The notes under the pieces were generated by a model. It saw nothing but the letters and a program-made list of their open reading frames with translations, did not search any database and was not told where the DNA came from. A stretch of 32,406 bases of DNA, taken from Candidatus Moraniibacteriota bacterium. GTDB lineage: Bacteria > Patescibacteriota > Minisyncoccia > Moranbacterales > UBA1568. This document shows, piece by piece, positions 26,178 through 32,406 of this stretch. Positions within the stretch are counted from its first letter, which is position 1, and each line of letters opens with the position of its first letter. The translations under genes were made by a program, and so were the position numbers. The DNA lies in contig JBPOIB010000003.1 in NCBI GenBank assembly GCA_052034935.1, positions 1-32,406 of the forward strand. The letters run 5' to 3'.

Positions 26178-27563
26178 TTACCGGGTACCCTGCTGCTGGG
26201 TAAAGCGTGCGCCAAAGATTGCTAATGCATCGCCGATATTCCGCTCACCGCGGACGATTGTGTTGATCACATCCACGAGGAGCCCCTCGGCCTGCTCGGT
26301 GTTCGCCGGCTTCCAGGTCTTCGCGATCAAATTCCCTCCCGTATACACACCGAGAATCACATCGTTCCTCTGGGTTTCCAAGAGATCGCGCCGGGCTGCA
26401 GGCTTTTTCGTTGCTTCGAGATACTGCTTTGCTGGATCAAAAGGAAGGACTACATCGGCCGGTTCTGTCCCGAAAGCATTGACCAGGCTCATAGTATTCG
26501 TTGGATGTGGCAAAGTCAGATAGTCCAGGAACTGCCACGCTTCATGGATTCGTGCCTTCTGATAATCGTCCGAGGAAAGCACTGAACCCGGCTTCGGATT
26601 GACAACGATTGGCTGTGTCTTGTTCTTCGCGACAGCAAAACCCCAATAGTTCGCAAAATTCACCGGGGCTTTGTCTTTAAACTGAGGCAGCGGCGCGACG
26701 GCGAAATTCAGCTTCGCATTCTTCTGCTTGATAGTCGGGTAATGGTATGAATAGTTCAGCATCATGGCAAGCGTTCCCTCATAGAAGGCATCGATCGAGT
26801 AGTGCTGACGCTGGTTCCATGTATACGTCGGGAGACCGAGCCGCGCGAATCGCGTGTAGAAATCAACGGCCGCCTGATCGCTCTCATCAATGAATTGATT
26901 GTCCGTAATCGAACTACCGAACTGCATCATGAGATTGAGCAGAATATCTGAAGATCGATTGATATTATCCCCCGTACCGAGCGCAACCGCGGACTGGTTG
27001 ATATTGCCAAAGGAGTCAACTTTCGTCAGGATCGGGACCATCGCGATGAGTTCCTCCCACGTTTTCGGCGGTGCCGTAATACCGGCAGCATTAAAAATGT
27101 CTTTATTGTAATAAAGAGCGAGTGAGTCGACCGAGAGTGGAGTCGCGATGACGCGCTTCTCGCCATCGAGGAAGTCTTCCGCTACGACATCGACGAACGA
27201 TTCTCGCACAGTTTTTTCATCAATAATCCCTACCGGCGCCGGCGCGGCTTTATCGATGAAGCTCGGCAGCCAGGTATTCTTAATCATGAAGATATCCGGC
27301 CCTGTTCCGGAGGCCATCGCATTGATAAGGTCCTCTTTGTATGTTTCTGGAGCGAGCTTACGATAGCGGACCTCTTTTATGTACGGGTTGACATCCCGAT
27401 ACTTCAAGGCGACTTGAGCAATCGCCTCCGTGTCATCAAATGTTCCCCATATTTCAAGACTCATCTCGTACGGTGGCAACTTTTCTTCGCCGCAACCGGA
27501 AAGCATAAGGAAAGAGCCGCCAAGCAAAACAGCTGAAGAGAATCGTGCAAAGTGCTTTTTCAT
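26178..27563 (-). CDS. Extracellular solute-binding lipoprotein (ABC-type, sugar-binding family 1-like)
   Basis: 461 aa with lipobox LMLSGC. LEIWGTFDD...GTGPDIFMIKNTWLPSFI...LALYYNKDIFNAAGITAPPKTWEEL is typical of SBP_bac_1/8 proteins. Confidence 0.8.
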   Translation of the reverse strand: MKKHFARFSSAVLLGGSFLMLSGCGEEKLPPYEMSLEIWGTFDDTEAIAQVALKYRDVNPYIKEVRYRKLAPETYKEDLINAMASGTGPDIFMIKNTWLPSFIDKAAPAPVGIIDEKTVRESFVDVVAEDFLDGEKRVIATPLSVDSLALYYNKDIFNAAGITAPPKTWEELIAMVPILTKVDSFGNINQSAVALGTGDNINRSSDILLNLMMQFGSSITDNQFIDESDQAAVDFYTRFARLGLPTYTWNQRQHYSIDAFYEGTLAMMLNYSYHYPTIKQKNAKLNFAVAPLPQFKDKAPVNFANYWGFAVAKNKTQPIVVNPKPGSVLSSDDYQKARIHEAWQFLDYLTLPHPTNTMSLVNAFGTEPADVVLPFDPAKQYLEATKKPAARRDLLETQRNDVILGVYTGGNLIAKTWKPANTEQAEGLLVDVINTIVRGERNIGDALAIFGARFTQQQGTR

Positions 27564-27566
27564 AAC

Positions 27567-28133
27567 CTAATTCCGCTTAACAACAAAGGCGTAGTGGAAC
27601 CCCCCAACCGAAGGCTGGCCGACGACGGATAGTCCGGCCGCTTCGATCATTTTCGCAAGGTCTTCTGGCTTGATCCGAAGTTCTTTCTCTGGGCCGACAA
27701 TCGCTTCGCTTGGATCCCACTCGATAATGAGCGCGCGCCCTTCGGGCCTCAGGATGCGCGCCACTTCGCGAAGAATGACAGATTTATCCTTATTCTGGAG
27801 CAAGACATCCTTGGCGATAACCCAGTCAACCGACGCTGTTTCAAGACCGGAGCCGTTCGCTCGCTCGAGATTGCAGCGTTGAGCGATGATATTGCCAAGA
27901 TTGAGTGTCTTCGCCCGACCCGCGATCGCTTCAAGTGCAGATGGAAGGACATCGAGGGCGTAGACTTTCCCATCTCTCCCAACCGCTCGGGCGAATTCGA
28001 AAGAGAAATACCCCGAACCGGCGCCGAAATCAGCCACGGTATCCCCCGGCGCAACAGAGAGCGCCCGGATGACAATGTTCGGTTCGACAAAAGTAAGTCC
28101 CTGGGGTGCATCCATAAGAAAGATTCTTCTCAT
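27567..28133 (-). CDS. Class I SAM-dependent methyltransferase
   Basis: Start is at the internal Met (MRRIFLMDAPQG...) of ORF 27567..28370. The longer N-terminus is antisense to the tRNA-Ser. Motif I is VADFGAGSGYFSFEFA, and the post-I/II regions are KVYALDV and DWVIAKDVL. Confidence 0.8.
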   Translation of the reverse strand: MRRIFLMDAPQGLTFVEPNIVIRALSVAPGDTVADFGAGSGYFSFEFARAVGRDGKVYALDVLPSALEAIAGRAKTLNLGNIIAQRCNLERANGSGLETASVDWVIAKDVLLQNKDKSVILREVARILRPEGRALIIEWDPSEAIVGPEKELRIKPEDLAKMIEAAGLSVVGQPSVGGFHYAFVVKRN

Positions 28134-28277
28134 CAATTGTATACCGAATAGACAATCTTTCCAAAGGCGAAACCGGTTCAGTTGCTCTCTCGACGTTCTT
28201 TCGCTACACTGTGCTCGTCGTGCTAAAACCGTATTTAAACAGGATTCAAAAGACTTTGGAGAAGCGAGCAAGCAAAC

Positions 28278-28364
28278 GGAAAGGTGGCCGAGTGGTTTAA
28301 GGTACTTGCTTGGAAAGCAAGCGTATGAGAAATCGTACCGGGGGTTCGAATCCCCCCCTTTCCG
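28278..28364 (+). tRNA. tRNA-Ser (anticodon GGA), type II with long variable arm
   Basis: Hand-folded. Acceptor GGAAAGG/CCTTTCC, D region GCC-GAGTGGTTTAA-GGT, anticodon stem CTTGC/GCAAG with loop TTGGAAA. Variable arm GTATG-AGAAAT-CGTAC, T arm GGGGG-TTCGAAT-CCCCC, discriminator G. CCA is not encoded. Confidence 0.9.
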
Positions 28365-28374
28365 CACCAAAGAT

Positions 28375-28402
28375 TCCCTCGTTTCTTGCCGAGGGATTTT
28401 AT
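28375..28402 (+). terminator. Terminator hairpin after tRNA-Ser
   Basis: Stem TCCCTCG / CGAGGGA (28375-28381 with 28390-28396), 8-nt loop, followed by TTTTATATT. Confidence 0.5.
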
Positions 28403-28410
28403 ATTCATCC

Positions 28411-28986
28411 TCAGCTGTTTTTCTTGAGAAAACGGCCGGTCAAATGCGCTACGAGCGTAAGGAGAGAGACTGCTGTTACCGTCCGGACGATAACCTGGTA
28501 TGTCGTTTCAGCGCTCTCGTTTCCCCGACCAACAAGCAGCCCGATACCGCCGATTACCGCCACATAGAGAAGGATGCCGAGGATATCGTACGCGATAAAT
28601 GTTCCAAGGGGAATACGTTTCTTCGCGACAAGATACATCGTCAAAAAAAGTCGGATTCCAAAGAGAAACTTAATAAAAAGCAGGGCAAGAAACACATTAC
28701 CGAGAAAAAATCGTTCGAAAAAAGAGGCGGATTTCAAATCATCAGCAGACGCTGGCTTCAAAAACCGCTCCGCTCCGTAACGAGCGATTACATACAGAAT
28801 AAGGTCGTTGGTAAGCGCGCCAGCCGCCGAAACAAGGGCGAGAATGCAAAGGTGTGCTCGTCCCGAATCCGAAGCGAGCGAAAAAGCGGCGAGAATAGCG
28901 CCCTCGTTCACCGCCATGACACTGAGATATGTCGAGAGTACCCAGTGGTCAGCAAGCTGATTAAAAAGAGCCTCCCACATAATCAA
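28411..28986 (-). CDS. DedA/VTT-family-like membrane protein
   Basis: 191 aa and polytopic. ...AAGALTNDLILYVIARYGAERFLK...FFERFFLGNVFLALLFIKFLFGIRLF... resembles the DedA core. The ATG overlaps the upstream gene stop by 4 nt (ATGA). Confidence 0.55.
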   Translation of the reverse strand: MIMWEALFNQLADHWVLSTYLSVMAVNEGAILAAFSLASDSGRAHLCILALVSAAGALTNDLILYVIARYGAERFLKPASADDLKSASFFERFFLGNVFLALLFIKFLFGIRLFLTMYLVAKKRIPLGTFIAYDILGILLYVAVIGGIGLLVGRGNESAETTYQVIVRTVTAVSLLTLVAHLTGRFLKKNS

Positions 28987-30746
28987 TGCTTTCCCGCGGT
29001 CTCGCGAGAAGTCGAGAATGAGAATTCGTTCCCAAGCACTCGGTACACCACAAAGATACTATGCACCGGGTCGCTATATTCTCGCCGGAAGCGTTTCGAA
29101 CTGTCCATGAGCCGGATGAGTTCGGTGCGATCCGTGCGTGTCACCACGATGTCTGTTGTGAAGTCGTCACGGATCACATCGGCGATACGACCCCCCTCTT
29201 CTCTCAGAAAACGTTCTTTCGCTAATGGATTACGAGACATTTCTGCTTTCCGTGCAAGTTCATCCGAACAGGTAGGTTGCTCGCAATAGATGCCATTCTC
29301 GCCGATATGACGCCAGAGCCAGTACAGCCGCGCGTCATAGTCGTAAAGAAAGCGCGGCTCGAGACCGGTCGCAAAACGGAACTGGTCGCCGACGAAGTAA
29401 TACAGAAGAGGATGCGCGTCCCAATCGGAATTAAAGATAAGCGTCCCGGGAGCGAGATTGAGTTTCATCCAGTCGGTCGGACCCTGGGCGGACAGATAGG
29501 ATGGAAAGGTACGGGTGTCCTGGTAGAGTTTCGGACCGATGTGGATAATGAAGATTGCCAGTACAGCGAGAACCCCGATTTTTAGCGAATGCCATAACCT
29601 GGCATCCTCGACGCGCACGACGGCCAGGAAGTCCTGGGCAGCCAGGGCGACATAGAGAATAGAGAAGTAGACGAAGTAGTCAGCGAAGCGCAGACTGAAA
29701 AGCGAAGCCGCGAGAAGGACAGCTGAGCCGACAAAGAGTGTCATGCGGAGCGTTTCGAGCGAAGTATTCACTGCCGAATGATCGCCCGACTTTTTTTTAA
29801 GACGAAGCAGCCGTCCCGGTTCGGCCGAGCCGAAAATAAGAAATAGCCCGATGAGCGGGGCGAGCGAGGAGAAAATGAAGAAGAAATCAGCACCGTATAC
29901 CTCGACCCCCTCGAGCACCCCAGCACCGCCCGGTAACGCCGCATCAAACAGCACCGGGATTGTGATGTCTCTGAGGTAAGAAAGTGCTCCTGGGAAGATG
30001 AGGTAGGAGCTAAGGACTGCGGCAACTGTTCCGATAAGCGGCATGACGATTATGCGCCATTCGGTCCTCATCGCTGGGTATTGAAAACGACTGAACACGA
30101 AGTATGCTACCGCCGTCAGGAGCGGGAGAAAGAAAGTGGCCGTGTGCCAATAGAAATACGAGAGCGAGACCAGTGCAACGGACCAGAATTTCTTTCGGTA
30201 GATCAAATAGAGCATCCCGATAATAAACACTGGGGCAAGGGTAAACGGCCGCGCGGCGAACAAACGGATGAGGATCCCCGATTCGGCGAGAATCACGAGA
30301 AAGAAAAGCGTCCACAGAAAAGCGTAGCGGACATACATCGCTCGCAGGAAAAGATATACTACCGTGAGCGCGAGCGCCATCGCGAGCGCCCCAAAGAGTT
30401 TGATTCCGAGCACCGCTGGGGAAAGGAGCGAGAAAGGCAACAGCACCAGATAGAAAAGAAAGTTGTAGTAGATGAGGTGCTCCCGATGGGCGACAATCTC
30501 AGAGAAATAGACCGATTGGAAATCCGTAAAGGCTGCTGGTCCCCTGGCGAGTATCGACTCCGCAAAGCGGATATGGAAGAGGTGGTCATCAATCGCGAGC
30601 ACATCGCCTAATGAGAGATACGCCGAAAGAAAAAAAACAGCAAAAAAGAAAAAGGCATACAGTCCGTACAGGCGTTCTTGCCGGAAAATCAGGGCATAAT
30701 GGGCGAACGATTGACTAAGAAGGAGACGGATTTTCTGCAGCGGCAT
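28983..30746 (-). CDS. Polytopic GT-C-like glycosyltransferase (PMT/ArnT-like) with C-terminal soluble domain
   Basis: 587 aa with more than 10 hydrophobic helices. The first extracytoplasmic loop carries LAIDDHLFHIRFAES, reminiscent of the DE/DD-x-HF motif of PMT/ArnT-type GT-C enzymes. The C-terminal ~170 aa are soluble. Confidence 0.55.
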   Translation of the reverse strand: MPLQKIRLLLSQSFAHYALIFRQERLYGLYAFFFFAVFFLSAYLSLGDVLAIDDHLFHIRFAESILARGPAAFTDFQSVYFSEIVAHREHLIYYNFLFYLVLLPFSLLSPAVLGIKLFGALAMALALTVVYLFLRAMYVRYAFLWTLFFLVILAESGILIRLFAARPFTLAPVFIIGMLYLIYRKKFWSVALVSLSYFYWHTATFFLPLLTAVAYFVFSRFQYPAMRTEWRIIVMPLIGTVAAVLSSYLIFPGALSYLRDITIPVLFDAALPGGAGVLEGVEVYGADFFFIFSSLAPLIGLFLIFGSAEPGRLLRLKKKSGDHSAVNTSLETLRMTLFVGSAVLLAASLFSLRFADYFVYFSILYVALAAQDFLAVVRVEDARLWHSLKIGVLAVLAIFIIHIGPKLYQDTRTFPSYLSAQGPTDWMKLNLAPGTLIFNSDWDAHPLLYYFVGDQFRFATGLEPRFLYDYDARLYWLWRHIGENGIYCEQPTCSDELARKAEMSRNPLAKERFLREEGGRIADVIRDDFTTDIVVTRTDRTELIRLMDSSKRFRREYSDPVHSIFVVYRVLGNEFSFSTSRETAGKH

Positions 30747-30795
30747 AACCGGACGGAAAGCGCGATTTAAAGCCGAAAGATGTTACCAGTGTATC

Positions 30796-32328
30796 ATGGG
30801 AGATATGCCTCAACCTACCTCGCCGGAAGGATACGAGAAAGCCCGATCCGTGTTCAGGGAACACCGGGTTGCGCTTTTCATCGTAACCTACAATGCCGAA
30901 AAGCAGATTGCCCAGACCCTTGCCCGGATACCTGAATGGTGCCGGCCGCTTTTCGCGGAAATTTTTGTTATTGATGATTCTTCCACGGATGCGACCGTCG
31001 CGACCGCGCTCTCCACTGGTCAAAGGCTCAGCCTCACAAACTTCTCAGTAATGAAGACTCCAGGGAACCAGGGTTACGGGGGGAATCAGAAAATCGGCTA
31101 CAGCTATGCAATCAAACAAGGTTATGACATCGTGATTCTTCTCCATGGCGACGGCCAGTATCCTCCGGAGCGGCTGCCGGCACTCATTGCGGGTTATGCC
31201 GACCCCGCCGTCGACGCCGTATTCGGATCACGGATGATGAACCGGGCTGACGCGCTCAGGGGAGGGATGCCACTCTACAAATGGATCGGCAATCAGACGC
31301 TCACGAAAATGGAAAATCTCATTCTCGGTACGCGGCTCAGCGAATTCCATAGCGGCTATCGTTCTTACCGGACGAACGCGCTCAAAAAAGTCCCATTCGC
31401 GCTCAATAGCGACAGTTTTCACTTCGATACCGATATCATCATTCAGTTCCATTTGATTGGCCAGCGAATCCTCGAAATCCCGATGCCGACATTCTACGGG
31501 GATGAGGAATGCCACGTCGACGGCATGAGATATGCCTGGAACTGCCTGAAGTCCGCCGTGAAGTCACGACTCCACCAGGCCGGATTCTTTTTCCAGCCCG
31601 GTTTTGAATTTCCCGAAGAGTCCGTCCGGAATTATCGAATGAAGGCAGCTGATACCTCGCTCCACGCCTATATCCTGAGGCAAAAATGGAGCCAGGGCGA
31701 ACGAGTAGCCGATCTCGGGGCAAATGACGGCGTCCTATCACAAAAAATCGCGAACCAAGGGGCTACTGTAACCGCGGTCGACATAAACCTTCCGGAGACG
31801 GTCACCGGGGTCGAGGTTTTCCGAATCGACTTGAACACCGATTTTCCCGCCATACTTGGCGACCGTACCTTTGATACGATTATTGCACTTGATGTGATTG
31901 AGCATCTTTACTCGCCGGAGACTTCAGTCAGACGTATCAGCCAGCTCCTTGAGAACAGAGGGTTTTTGCTCGCCTCAACCGCAAATATCGGCTATTTCAT
32001 CATGCGCCTTACGCACCTTTTTGGTTGGTTCAATTATGGCAAGCGGGGAATTCTCGACCGGACTCATCATCGATTGTTCACTATCCGCTCATTCCGACGG
32101 CTGTTAGAAAATTCCGGGTTCCGTGTCGTTCGTATCAAAGGTTTCGGCCCGCCAATCCGCGATGCATTCGGGGAAGGTATCGTCTGGCGTATTGCTGATC
32201 GTATATCTGCTTCCCTCGCTCATTTCTGGCCCACCCTTTTCGCCTTCAATTTTCTTATCATCGCGCGAAAAATTCCAACAACTGAGGGAAAAACTGCGGA
32301 CACAATAGCTTCAAAGCGGTGTTGTTAG
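30796..32328 (+). CDS. Fusion protein: GT2 glycosyltransferase (polyprenyl-phosphate sugar synthase-like) + class I SAM methyltransferase
   Basis: The N-terminal half has FIVTYNAEKQI, FVIDDSSTD and ILLHGDGQYPPERLPALI...FGSR...SEFHSGYRSYR, a GT2 of DPM1/GtrB/ArnC-like type. The C-terminal half has VADLGANDGVLSQKIANQGATVTAVDIN and FDTIIALDVIEHLYSPE (methyltransferase motifs I and II-III). It ends in a hydrophobic tail. Confidence 0.85.
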   Translation: MGDMPQPTSPEGYEKARSVFREHRVALFIVTYNAEKQIAQTLARIPEWCRPLFAEIFVIDDSSTDATVATALSTGQRLSLTNFSVMKTPGNQGYGGNQKIGYSYAIKQGYDIVILLHGDGQYPPERLPALIAGYADPAVDAVFGSRMMNRADALRGGMPLYKWIGNQTLTKMENLILGTRLSEFHSGYRSYRTNALKKVPFALNSDSFHFDTDIIIQFHLIGQRILEIPMPTFYGDEECHVDGMRYAWNCLKSAVKSRLHQAGFFFQPGFEFPEESVRNYRMKAADTSLHAYILRQKWSQGERVADLGANDGVLSQKIANQGATVTAVDINLPETVTGVEVFRIDLNTDFPAILGDRTFDTIIALDVIEHLYSPETSVRRISQLLENRGFLLASTANIGYFIMRLTHLFGWFNYGKRGILDRTHHRLFTIRSFRRLLENSGFRVVRIKGFGPPIRDAFGEGIVWRIADRISASLAHFWPTLFAFNFLIIARKIPTTEGKTADTIASKRCC

Positions 32329-32406
32329 TCGATACAGACATCCTAAGCTCCGCCGTTTCGTTCTGCGGACCTGTTTGATATTCCGCATTGACTGAATTGA
32401 TGTTAG

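Noticed and set aside
23427-28364. tRNA-Ser-anchored genomic island or prophage remnant (holin-like protein plus amidase next to a tRNA).
   Set aside because: I found no integrase, no phage structural or replication genes, and by eye no direct repeat of the tRNA 3' end in 23.1-28.3 kb. A terminator separates the holin-like gene from the amidase. The compositional oddity of the PIN gene is kept as a separate finding.
27567-28370. Full-length 267-aa version of the methyltransferase ORF.
   Set aside because: Its N-terminal ~30 codons are the reverse complement of tRNA-Ser (MVRKGGDSNPRY...). The methyltransferase fold begins after the internal Met at 28133.
1-32406. CRISPR arrays, IS elements or transposases, rRNA genes, and alternative genetic code (UGA recoding).
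   Set aside because: No regularly spaced direct repeats or transposase-like ORFs were seen. All long conserved genes (rpoB, rpoC, ftsK, recA, gyrB) are uninterrupted under the standard bacterial code.

Overview
Bacterial chromosomal segment of roughly 50% G+C by eye. Almost everything is on the minus strand; only a tRNA-Ser and the last gene are on plus. The housekeeping backbone is gyrB (N-terminal ~593 codons, running off the left edge), a small membrane protein, efp, the rpsF-ssb-rpsR operon, recA, a RodZ-like HTH membrane protein, ftsK and rpoB-rpoC. Three accessory pockets interrupt it. (i) 4.4-11.3 kb encodes three exported envelope proteins: a 1247-aa Cys-rich surface protein, a strikingly high-GC lipoprotein gene, and a coiled-coil/lytic-transglycosylase protein. 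(ii) 23.4-28.1 kb holds a mini TsaB-like ORF, an unknown basic protein, an AT-rich orphan PIN gene co-transcribed with a membrane-anchored amidase, and a methyltransferase / solute-binding lipoprotein / small 2-TM protein operon, bounded by tRNA-Ser(GGA). (iii) 28.4-32.3 kb is a divergent glycosylation module: a DedA-like protein and a GT-C-like polytopic protein on minus, and a GT2-methyltransferase fusion on plus. Housekeeping genes here lack recognisable Shine-Dalgarno motifs, and some have -10 boxes only a few nt from the ATG. Two accessory genes carry perfect (A)GGAGG sites. Gene content and SD-less initiation fit a small-genome, CPR/Patescibacteria-like organism, but that is inference only. 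I found no CRISPR array, IS element, integrase, reverse transcriptase or rRNA. No recognisable named defence system is present. The most unusual items are the compositional islands, the architecture of the giant surface protein and the glycosylation module.
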